Origin: Candidatus Heimdallarchaeota archaeon
GTDB taxonomy: Archaea; Asgardarchaeota; Heimdallarchaeia; JABLTI01
Direction of reading: 5' to 3'
Assembly (NCBI GenBank): GCA_030614005.1
Contig: JAUWKS010000009.1
Span: 1 to 32,000 of the forward strand
DNA: 32,000 nucleotides
The position numbers and the translations under genes are program-made. Shown here piece after piece: positions 1 to 8,677 of the stretch (position 1 is its first letter; every line of letters starts with the position of its first letter). A model generated the notes under the pieces. It did no database searches and had not been told where the DNA came from. It worked only from the letters and a program-made list of their open reading frames with translations.

Positions 1-2
1 AA

Positions 3-1157
3 GCTTTTGGAGAATATTTTGGTGGTGCTTTTGGTTGGCTCTTATGGACTGGTTATTTAGCTTCTTGTTCATTATATGCTTATACTTTTGGTTCCTTCTT
101 CGCACACATGGTTCTCAATGAACATGCGTCAGCGTTAGTTGTTGATATAGTTTCAGGTGTTTTTGCTGCGACTTTAATTGCTCTTGCAACGATTATTAAT
201 TTGGTTGGTGTAAAAGAAACTGGAAAATCTCAGAACATTATTGTTTTAATAAAAGTAATAATATTGATCGGTTTTGTAGCAATAACCATACCTGCGGCAA
301 TAAAAAATGCTCCAACAAATTTAACTCCCTTTTTTGCTGATGCAGAAAGAAATCCGCTTGATGTTATGACTGGATTAGCGATGGCTGTTGTTGGCACATC
401 AATATTATTTGTTGCTTTTGAGGGGATGGAATTGATTCCCAATGCTTCCGAAGAGATTCAAAACCCAGAAAAAAACATTCCTCGCTCTATCTATGGCACA
501 GTAATAATTGCTACTGTTATCTATCTCTTAGTTGCTTTTACAGCATTAGGTGGTACTGATTATACGATTTTTGCTGGTGATCCCGAAAAAGCTGAATATG
601 CTTTAGCTATCGCTGCAACTCCCATTTTAGGTCAAGCTGGATTCATAATTATCACTCTCGGTGCTTTATTTTCAACTGCGAGTGCATTTAATGCTTCTCT
701 CTATGGCTCTTCTCGTATGACTTATGTTATGGCTCGAGATGGCATTTTCCCCAGATTCTTCAAAACTGTTTCAAAGAAAGGAAGAGTTCCCTATATTAGC
801 ATTTTATCCATAAGTGGATTAACATTGATCTTTACACTTGCATTAGACCTTAGACAAATTGCTAATCTTGCGAGTTCGATATTTTTGTTATTGTTTGCAA
901 TTATATCATTATCAAGTTTAATTCTCCGCAAGAAAATAAAAGCAAACTTTATAGTACCTCTTGTGGGATTTTTACTTACTACAGCTCTTTTCGGAATATT
1001 TCTTTGGAACTTGATTAATCAAGTTATCAGTGAAGTTTCAGTGGGCAATTTTACCGAATCATTTGTAACTATAATTCTCCTGCCGTTCTTGATTATTGCT
1101 ACGTCAATTGGTAGTTTTATTACAATTAAAGCTCAAAAGAACAAAGTGCAAAATTAA
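3..1157 (+). CDS. APC-family amino acid permease, 5'-truncated by the window edge
   Basis: The frame is open from position 3 (AFGEYFGGAFGWLLW...), so the track start at 108 is internal. It has many TM helices and the APC motifs FVAFEGMELIPNASEEIQNPEKNIPRS and SRMTYVMARDGIFP. Confidence 0.9.
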   Translation, partial: AFGEYFGGAFGWLLWTGYLASCSLYAYTFGSFFAHMVLNEHASALVVDIVSGVFAATLIALATIINLVGVKETGKSQNIIVLIKVIILIGFVAITIPAAIKNAPTNLTPFFADAERNPLDVMTGLAMAVVGTSILFVAFEGMELIPNASEEIQNPEKNIPRSIYGTVIIATVIYLLVAFTALGGTDYTIFAGDPEKAEYALAIAATPILGQAGFIIITLGALFSTASAFNASLYGSSRMTYVMARDGIFPRFFKTVSKKGRVPYISILSISGLTLIFTLALDLRQIANLASSIFLLLFAIISLSSLILRKKIKANFIVPLVGFLLTTALFGIFLWNLINQVISEVSVGNFTESFVTIILLPFLIIATSIGSFITIKAQKNKVQN

Positions 1158-1175
1158 TTTCTTTCCAGGTGAATC

Positions 1176-2252
1176 TTGTTGTCTCCTAAAAACAATGAAA
1201 AGAAAAATCCTTTACCGAGGAATTATCACATTTTGCGCGTCATTCTATCTGATGCTGATGCACGAACCATTGGTTTTGAAAGGAATCCTGATATGATTCC
1301 AACAATTCTTAAATCCAATTTAACGGAGATTTTAATTCGCTTTTTACAAGATGAATCAAAGAGACTCGTTCTCCTAACAAAATATGCAAAAGAATTAGCT
1401 ACTACAGATTTGAGAACTAGACAATTACATGAAACAAGAGAAGTAGTATTCAGTTTGCGTGAAACAGATAAAACATCTGATGATGCATTAGATTTTTTAC
1501 AAGAAAAACTAACACTCCTACAACAAGAGCGTGTAGATCACGATAAGTATATTTTAGATATGTTAGACGCTTTAGACCAAATAACCTCTACAGAAACGTT
1601 GCTTGAAAATATTGCCTCCTTTGTTAAAAATTTCACCTTCATTAATACTGATAATTGGGAAGACGATTTAGATTATTTCAGAACGCGATTTCTTTTACAG
1701 CGCAAGCAAGAGGAAGATGATCAGCGTTTGAAAGATGAATTCATCCCTGTTGAAGATACTATTCAAAAATCAAAAGAGGGCGAACCTCAACAAATCCGAC
1801 AAGCAACAGCGATAGAATATTTCTTCATTGCAATTCATAAGAAATATTATACGAAATTAAAACACTTGATTCAAGAATATAATCAGATAAAATTAGTACA
1901 ACATCCCGACTCAAGTGTCTCTCTCGAGGAGAAATCCGAGGAAGAGCTCATGGAATTGATTGCGCAACAGGAAAAAGAAAGTTTTGCAGTAGGAAAGAAG
2001 ATGTATACTTTGAAACGAGAGCAAGGTATTTTGACTTTGAAAACATATGAACTCGTTCAAACATTGAAATCAAGATTACTTAACATTACAGGTTCAATTG
2101 CTTCCAGGCGTTTTATGAAAGCTGCTCTAAATGATTTGCTTGATATTGTTAATGATTCTGAAACTGTTTTTGAAATTAAAATGGAAAAAATAACCAAAGA
2201 TTTGAAACGGCTCCTTCGTATTGTTAGAAAAGAACCTTCTGAAGGAAAATGA
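1176..2252 (+). CDS. Hypothetical all-helical/coiled-coil protein
   Basis: 358-codon ORF with a TTG start (the true start may be internal). It is rich in E/K/L/Q with heptad-like spacing, has no TM segment and shows no recognised catalytic motif. Confidence 0.7.
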   Translation: MLSPKNNEKKNPLPRNYHILRVILSDADARTIGFERNPDMIPTILKSNLTEILIRFLQDESKRLVLLTKYAKELATTDLRTRQLHETREVVFSLRETDKTSDDALDFLQEKLTLLQQERVDHDKYILDMLDALDQITSTETLLENIASFVKNFTFINTDNWEDDLDYFRTRFLLQRKQEEDDQRLKDEFIPVEDTIQKSKEGEPQQIRQATAIEYFFIAIHKKYYTKLKHLIQEYNQIKLVQHPDSSVSLEEKSEEELMELIAQQEKESFAVGKKMYTLKREQGILTLKTYELVQTLKSRLLNITGSIASRRFMKAALNDLLDIVNDSETVFEIKMEKITKDLKRLLRIVRKEPSEGK

Positions 2253-2371
2253 TCCAGTTGTTAGCATTGATTACAAAAATATTTTTCTTTTAAAAAATTA
2301 TTTTTTCTTTTTAATTTCAATTACATAGTTTTAAAAGACTGAAGAATGTGCTGTTGAAACAGTGAAAAATC

Positions 2372-3943
2372 ATGACTAAATTTTTGAAATTCTCTACTGG
2401 CGATAAAATTCCTGCTTCTGATAAGATTTTAGAAGATATTCCACTCGTCGGGGAGATGTCTTTTAACGAATTTGAAACCTCCAAAGAGGGAATTAAAGGT
2501 AAACCAATCAGTTGTTCTAATTGTGGTGCTGTACTAACCGACATCAAAAATGTCGAAACAAGTAACAAAGTTGGCACTTTTTTCAAATGTCTGTTCTGTG
2601 CAACAGTAAACGTAATTGATCCAAAGGATTTACCTACTAATATTGATATAAACATAGATTGGTATTTGCCTCCCGATACAACCAAAGGTGATTTTGGGAA
2701 AGGATTACACAAGGGTAATTCTTTAATCGCTGCATTAGATGTATCTGGCTCCATGCATAGAGCAAGACTTGAGGGAGTAAAACAGAGTTTAATTTCAACT
2801 CTAAAAGCTTATTCAATATCAAAACCAGACTCAATTTTTGGTATGGTGACTTTTGAGAGTGCAATAAGAATTTACTCTGCAGATGGTGAAGTTGTAGAGC
2901 AATTATCTGGTGATATACTCTATAATGTGAAAGCAATTGAGAAAAAGGTTGCTGGAAATAGTTGGGTAAAGAACCAATTGCCCAAAATGACTATGAAAGC
3001 TGTTGCCAAAGATTGGCAAAGAACAATACAAAAAATGGTCTCCCTTGGATCGACTGCACTTGGTGCAGCAGTTGTTGCAGCAAGAATCATGTCTTTAGCT
3101 GCTGGAACTGGGCGCGTTCTTCTTTTAACTGACGGAATGGCAAATGAGGGAATTGGTAGTCTTTCTGGAGCAAGTCCAGAAGGAAAGAAGTTTTACAAAT
3201 CAATAGCTCAAGAACTGAAAAAGAATGGTGTCATTTTAGATATTGTAGGCATTGCAGGACAAGGATCATTAGAGCTAAAAACGCTGGCACAAATGCCAGA
3301 AATAACTGGAGGAGATTTGTTCTATGCTGACCTTTCTGAACTTTCAGATAGCTTCTCAATGATTGCTGGAGATACACTTATCGGAAGAAATGCTCGAATC
3401 AAAGTTATCGTTCCAGAAGAACTTGAACTAACTAATTTGAGTGGTGCTGGAGCACATATTACCCGACTCAAAAGCGGAGAAGATATTTCCCTTGGGGGAC
3501 TTACTAAGTCTCGCTCAATAGCTTTTGAGTTTAAACCCAAGAGGAAAGTGAAAGATCGCAAAAAAGTTCCAGTGCAAGTACAAATTCGCTACAAAGACGA
3601 AGATGACAATGAACGTATTAGAATTGTAGAACACGAACTTGAAGTTTCAGAAATCAAAGAGGAACTTGAGAAAAACCTTGATGCTGATTTAATTGCTGGT
3701 TATACTGTGCAAAGAGCTGCACAAGTAATGCAAAAAGATCGAAAGAAAAGCAAGGAAATGATGAAAGATATGCGTTTAACACTTTCTCGTGTTGCACCAC
3801 AAGCCGCTGAAGCACAAGCTTATCTCGAAGAAGAGATGGAAGATCTCGATGAATTAATCGAGATGGAAGAAGAAGGTAAAGCTATGGCCGGTGATAGAGT
3901 GCAATCAAGCTCTTATCGTATGGCTAAAAAGCGAAAGAGATAA
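2372..3943 (+). CDS. Sec23/Sec24-like Zn-finger + vWA (trunk) + beta-sandwich + helical domain protein
   Basis: Zn finger CSNCGAVL...FKCLFCATVN; vWA with DVSGS, GSTALG and GRVLLLTDGMANEGIGSL; beta-sandwich-like GRNARIKVIVPEELELTNLSG and VQVQIRYKDEDDNERIRIVEHELEV; helical C-terminus starting NLDADLIAGYTVQRAA. Confidence 0.75.
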   Translation: MTKFLKFSTGDKIPASDKILEDIPLVGEMSFNEFETSKEGIKGKPISCSNCGAVLTDIKNVETSNKVGTFFKCLFCATVNVIDPKDLPTNIDINIDWYLPPDTTKGDFGKGLHKGNSLIAALDVSGSMHRARLEGVKQSLISTLKAYSISKPDSIFGMVTFESAIRIYSADGEVVEQLSGDILYNVKAIEKKVAGNSWVKNQLPKMTMKAVAKDWQRTIQKMVSLGSTALGAAVVAARIMSLAAGTGRVLLLTDGMANEGIGSLSGASPEGKKFYKSIAQELKKNGVILDIVGIAGQGSLELKTLAQMPEITGGDLFYADLSELSDSFSMIAGDTLIGRNARIKVIVPEELELTNLSGAGAHITRLKSGEDISLGGLTKSRSIAFEFKPKRKVKDRKKVPVQVQIRYKDEDDNERIRIVEHELEVSEIKEELEKNLDADLIAGYTVQRAAQVMQKDRKKSKEMMKDMRLTLSRVAPQAAEAQAYLEEEMEDLDELIEMEEEGKAMAGDRVQSSSYRMAKKRKR

Positions 3944-3956
3944 TCAAAATTGAAAT

Positions 3957-3989
3957 GAGGATATGTATTTAAATATCCTCTTTTTTTTT
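3957..3989 (+). terminator. Hairpin + T-tract after the vWA gene
   Basis: GAGGATAT (3957-3964) pairs with ATATCCTC (3973-3980) around an 8-nt loop, followed directly by T9. It lies between convergent genes. Confidence 0.6.
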
Positions 3990-4033
3990 AAATTTACTAC
4001 TCATTTTTTTCTGGATGTTCACTGTTATATTGA

Positions 4034-5836
4034 TTATTTAATAATTCGATTTTTTCGAGTGATCCACAAACCAGCGCCCAGAAGTCCAAACATAATTACA
4101 ATAAAACTGAAGGACAAGGAAATAACATAGCTATTGGGACCTTCAGGAAGTGAGTAGCTGATATCGAAACCAGCTTGAGCCATATGATACTTGGCAAGCT
4201 CAATATTATACTCATACGGGATCAAAGAATGATTATAGCCAACAGCAACTCGAGGACAACCAGTTGTTGCTGGTACAGCAAGACCTTTGAAAATTTCATT
4301 AGTGATTATTTGTCTGGGTACCATATGACTAATTGCTTTTCGAATGTGTTTAGCAGACTCAACACCAGCTATTGGACAGAGTACTCCAGTACCAAGATAG
4401 GGATGTTCCATATTGATAGCTATTTCTGAAGCTCCAGGGTCATCAACCAAGGTATAGGCAACATTGGGAAGAGCAAGTTCAACAAGTCGTGGTGAAAATT
4501 GGGCATCAACCATATCTATTGCTTCTGCTGAAAGTGCAGCTAATGCATTTTCTATTCTGTCAAAGAATTCGAAGTAGATATCAGTAAAACCCGGGTCAGC
4601 ACCAAGCCAGTCAGTAAAGTGTGGATTTGCTTCTAAGTGAATGACACTATTTGTAGCATTATAATCAGCTAGCATGTAAGGACCGGCACCAAACATCTTT
4701 TCGGGGTGATTGGTAGTCCAGTTTGCAGCAGTGGATTGGTGATCGGCTGGAGCAATTGCACCCCAAATATGTTCAGGGATTAGATTGAGAGTTAAATTGC
4801 TATCTTGGAAAACATAAGATTGATTGAAGGTAATTGAAAATGCTTTATTATTTATTTTAGTAATAGAATCATTATCCCAGTATTGGATATTATGAGAATA
4901 TTCCATTCCTCCTAAATCAGGTGTAACTGCTAATTGATAATTGTAAATAATGTCATCTGTGGTTAAATCAACTCCATCAGCCCATACAGCACCCTCTTTG
5001 ATGATAACAGTATAAGTAATTCCGTCAATACTGCTGACTGATTCTGCAAGCCAAGGACTATACCCATTGTCTAATGCAGGATTTCTTTGAAGTAAACCGT
5101 TGTAGATCTGGTGTAACCATTGAGCATCATAATAAAACTTAATGGTATAAGGGTGGAAATCTTCAAAGTCAGCTGGAGTGGCATAGTGAAATTCAGTTTC
5201 ACCTAGCATAGTCATATTAAAAAATGGATAATGGTCACCAGCCCAAAGTAACCCTTCAAAATTTCTCACATTGGGATCATGTGGAAAGCAAGATAATGGA
5301 TAAGTAGTGCTTATCTGAGGCAGGTCTTCGTAGAGCAGTGATTGAATTTTACCAACGAAGTTAATTCTATCAGTTGAAGTAAATGAGGATGTATAGCTGT
5401 TAATAGCATTGTCCATTTCAGGATTGTTGTATTGATAGAAATTATCACCATTGGGGGTAATAGAAGGACTATCATATAAACCAGTAGGATCCCAATCAAA
5501 GCCCCAACTCCAGCTAATGAAAAAAAGATCATACCCGCCTTTGGAATATTCGGGAATAGGATACGGACCAGGGTATCCCCAGGTTCGAGGACTGATTTGC
5601 GCCCAAACAGTATGATCAAAAACATCAATGCCAATGCCAATTTTTGGTAACTGTTCTACCATAACTGATGCCACAGTAGTTATCCATTGATGATATGTAC
5701 TCGGTACTAAAATACTAATATAAAAAAATGGTTCAGGATTTCCATTCTCTCCGGAAGCAACCTGTTGAATAGGTATAAGAAGAAGGTGCATAATAATCAC
5801 AAAAGCTAATTTCTTCTTCCAAAGATACGTACGCAT
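4034..5836 (-). CDS. ABC transporter substrate-binding protein, family 5 (oligopeptide/dipeptide-type), membrane anchored
   Basis: N-terminal signal-like segment; SBP_5 features PWLAESVSSIDGITYT, WADGVDLTTDDIIY, GAGPYML and IRKAISHMVPR; C-terminal TM followed by a basic tail (TRKNRIIK). Confidence 0.85.
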   Translation of the reverse strand: MRTYLWKKKLAFVIIMHLLLIPIQQVASGENGNPEPFFYISILVPSTYHQWITTVASVMVEQLPKIGIGIDVFDHTVWAQISPRTWGYPGPYPIPEYSKGGYDLFFISWSWGFDWDPTGLYDSPSITPNGDNFYQYNNPEMDNAINSYTSSFTSTDRINFVGKIQSLLYEDLPQISTTYPLSCFPHDPNVRNFEGLLWAGDHYPFFNMTMLGETEFHYATPADFEDFHPYTIKFYYDAQWLHQIYNGLLQRNPALDNGYSPWLAESVSSIDGITYTVIIKEGAVWADGVDLTTDDIIYNYQLAVTPDLGGMEYSHNIQYWDNDSITKINNKAFSITFNQSYVFQDSNLTLNLIPEHIWGAIAPADHQSTAANWTTNHPEKMFGAGPYMLADYNATNSVIHLEANPHFTDWLGADPGFTDIYFEFFDRIENALAALSAEAIDMVDAQFSPRLVELALPNVAYTLVDDPGASEIAINMEHPYLGTGVLCPIAGVESAKHIRKAISHMVPRQIITNEIFKGLAVPATTGCPRVAVGYNHSLIPYEYNIELAKYHMAQAGFDISYSLPEGPNSYVISLSFSFIVIMFGLLGAGLWITRKNRIIK

Positions 5837-6004
5837 GATTCAACCATTCCTTTTTTTAAGATTATTATTCCAACAATGATTGAAATACTTTATTCACACC
5901 ATGTTTCTTTGAGTGTTTTGCTATCATAGGTAATTCTAATTTTCCACAAGTTGGTGTGGAACGGAAGCTCTTATCATAATTGTTAAGAAAAAGGTCTACG
6001 GTTC

Positions 6005-7282
6005 TTATCCCTGAATATCCTTAGGGAAGAAATCCTCGAGAGTTTTTTGCGTTCTATATATTTTGTAAGTTTTGCTTACATTTAACCATCGTTCTAAAGG
6101 TAGAGCAAGCCGTTTCTTCAATTCGACAAAAGCATTATCCATTGTATCGAATTTCATTGGTGGGTGCTTCAAAGCTTCTTTAGCAATTTCTCTAAACCGC
6201 CAGACTCCCATTGGAACCCAGTCACGATCAACTTCCATAAATACAAAAGCACCCGATTGTCTATTTATTTTCATTAAATATTCCAATACAGGTAAACGAG
6301 TGCAATAGTAAGCACCACAAATTACATCTGCGTATTTCTTTCGCCCTTTCCAAGTTTCCCAATCTGTTTCAGGGTTACCTAAAGGTGAGATACGCCAATA
6401 TTCTAATGCTTCAAACATCCAACCACTTGGATACAATAAAATCTGAACATTATTTCCAAGTGCTTTATGTCCATAAAGTTGAAAATCATTAATCCAATTT
6501 TTGTTTAGAATTTGCTTCCAATATCTTTTCCCTAATATATCATCTACAGCAGTTATAGACCATGTCGTTGGAACCAATTTTCTTCTCTTTTTCACACCAA
6601 ATAATCCGGCAGATAATAGTCTAGTAATTTGTCTTTGAGGGATTTTATCGTCGTAGAGATTTAATATCCCTCCAGTTGCTTTTAGATCTGTATCTCCAAC
6701 AACTTTATCCACTGGTTTTGGTACTTTTGGATTTTCAGTTATTCTAGCACTTTTCAATATCCCTGAAGGACCTGAAGGGGCTGTTCTAGGAGAAAAAACA
6801 ATATCTAATTTCGGACGTTTTATGAACGACATTTCAGTATCAATTGGTTTACCTGACATAACTAATTCTTGCGTGAGGGAGAGTATTTTTCCGGGATCTT
6901 TCGCAGATTTTACACTAGTAGCTGCTTTGCCACGAACAAGAGCTGTTCTGTAACCAATGATCTCTTCCATTGATTTTTCTATCCAAAGATCCTCTGCATC
7001 ATAAATGGATGTATCTTGTGATGCTAAAGGTGGAACCAATGGCCCAATGGATACTTTTGGATAGCCATATTCTCCCACAAAAAAACCCGGTGGGGAAGCA
7101 CCAAAGAATTCTGTTTTAGAAAAGGTTTTTTGGATTTCTGCTATGGATTTAGCTTTAGCTAAAATCGGGCACAAACTTTTGCCACAGAGTTTTCTAAAGC
7201 CTTTGCATTTTTGGCACAAATTACGATTAATCTCGGAGGGAGAGGGTCTAAGGGTGAGATTTACTGAAGACATTATTATCAC
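6005..7282 (-). CDS. nreA: Nre family DNA repair protein (NreA)
   Basis: N-terminal CQKCKGFRKLCGKSLCP zinc motif; FFGASPPGFFVGEYGYPKV; LVPTTWSITAVD; GAYYCTRLPVLE; VPMGVWRFRE; C-terminal PIP box QKTLEDFF. An alternative ATG lies at 7273. Confidence 0.9.
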   Translation of the reverse strand: MIIMSSVNLTLRPSPSEINRNLCQKCKGFRKLCGKSLCPILAKAKSIAEIQKTFSKTEFFGASPPGFFVGEYGYPKVSIGPLVPPLASQDTSIYDAEDLWIEKSMEEIIGYRTALVRGKAATSVKSAKDPGKILSLTQELVMSGKPIDTEMSFIKRPKLDIVFSPRTAPSGPSGILKSARITENPKVPKPVDKVVGDTDLKATGGILNLYDDKIPQRQITRLLSAGLFGVKKRRKLVPTTWSITAVDDILGKRYWKQILNKNWINDFQLYGHKALGNNVQILLYPSGWMFEALEYWRISPLGNPETDWETWKGRKKYADVICGAYYCTRLPVLEYLMKINRQSGAFVFMEVDRDWVPMGVWRFREIAKEALKHPPMKFDTMDNAFVELKKRLALPLERWLNVSKTYKIYRTQKTLEDFFPKDIQG

Positions 7283-7297
7283 TAATTTTTTTCTAAA

Positions 7298-8038
7298 TTA
7301 TGCATCAAACTCATTGTATTGTTGTGCTTCATCTTCCCCCAAATCCTCAAGTGATCCAAGAGCATACTCAGGTAGTTCCTCTTGTTTCAATTTTTCTCGT
7401 TCTTTTAGAAGACGCTCTACTTCGTCTTCTTCTGGTGCTTTTTTCCTATTAACATATAGTACTATGATTATTATAAAAACCATTAACCCAGTGATACTGA
7501 TTAAACCATAAATTACTGTATCTAGCCAAATCCCTGCAAAAACATCAATATGCCAAGTAAATGTTAATGGTGTTATAGAAGCTCCCGCATACATAACTAA
7601 AATCCAATTATCAGTATAAGGTGCTTTTACTTGAAATGTACCACTCCGTTTATTATCAAATGGTATATCATCCATCATAAATAGCGGATCATATAAATAG
7701 AGCAAATTTTCACTTGGAATTCTATTTACAGCTTGAGTTAAATTATCGCTCTCAACCCAATTTTCAAAGCTAGCAGAGTCAATAATAAAAACTAGGAAAG
7801 GTGAAGAAAAAACATCCGCAGGAGTTACTTCCCAATCACCGCTTATTGCTTGCCCTTCCTCAACATGGACTGTTACATTGTGGAAGCCATATGGGGATAC
7901 GATGATTTGTTCATCTGCACTGATCGCTGACTTTTCTATTATCATACCAAATCCTTGATGCGCACTTAATTGAGAGAACAAATTCATAATTAGTATCAAT
8001 GCAGCTACTATTTTGACTCGAGACTTCAAGGAATACAT
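7298..8038 (-). CDS. Type I membrane protein with a GOLD/p24-like beta-sandwich ectodomain
   Basis: Signal-like N-terminus; beta-rich ISGDWEV...FLVFIID...SGTFQVKAPYTDNWILVM; one TM (TVIYGLISITGLMVFIIIIVLYV); charged/acidic tail. A GGTGG SD-like site lies upstream. The CDS is well supported, the GOLD call is tentative. Confidence 0.5.
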   Translation of the reverse strand: MYSLKSRVKIVAALILIMNLFSQLSAHQGFGMIIEKSAISADEQIIVSPYGFHNVTVHVEEGQAISGDWEVTPADVFSSPFLVFIIDSASFENWVESDNLTQAVNRIPSENLLYLYDPLFMMDDIPFDNKRSGTFQVKAPYTDNWILVMYAGASITPLTFTWHIDVFAGIWLDTVIYGLISITGLMVFIIIIVLYVNRKKAPEEDEVERLLKEREKLKQEELPEYALGSLEDLGEDEAQQYNEFDA

Positions 8039-8107
8039 TATACAACCACCTATGCTGTTGTTTTAATAATCAGAAAGTTTATTCAAGAATTTTTCTAGTT
8101 CATTAGT

Positions 8108-8143
8108 AAAGAAGAGAAAGAAGCGAGGGTGAGGTTCCCTCGC
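8108..8143 (-). other. GC-rich hairpin in the long intergenic region (terminator-like on the minus strand)
   Basis: GCGAGGG (8123-8129) pairs with CCCTCGC (8137-8143) around a 7-nt loop. On the minus strand it is followed by TTCTTTCTCTTCTTT. Confidence 0.45.
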
Positions 8144-8677
8144 AAAATGAATGCTGTTTTCTCTTACTTCAAAAAGCAATTGAAGATTTATGATGTCTGG
8201 AACAATTGCAAGCATTACTTTACTCAAATTCCCAAGTGTGTTGCAGTAGTTGTTAATGCATGAATTTTTCCATTGTTCTCTTGTCTTGCTTTTTTCTGGA
8301 TGGTTGTTATTTACTTCTTGAGTAGCACTATATGCTCTTCTAAGTTTCTTCTGCCTATCCGAAGATGATTTTATTCTATACTTTCTAGTTTATCTATATC
8401 AACTATAAAGGTTTACATTGTTTTTATTTTCAAGAAAGAATAGTACTTTCCTCAGACTGAAAAACAGAAAAAAATATCATCGTTTTAGTCATCTTTTTTA
8501 ATAATATATCGCTCAATGAATGTATATCTACTTAGAAAATAATTTATTATCGAAACAATTGTTAGTCTTTAAAAGAACGGTTGTATATAATCAACAAGAA
8601 GATTGGAAGAATCGAAAAGGCTGATATTCTTCGATTGTAGAATAACTATATAAAATTATTATAATCGAGAGATTACA

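Noticed and set aside
8125-8141. GAGGG-N7-CCCTC has the same stem as the T arm of the tRNA-Arg (possible att site or tRNA fragment)
   Set aside because: The loop is TGAGGTT rather than TTCRAAT, and no flanking tRNA sequence is present.
8063-8389. About 108-codon open frame on the minus strand
   Set aside because: It has no start codon near its 5' end, no recognisable motif, and runs through the hairpin.
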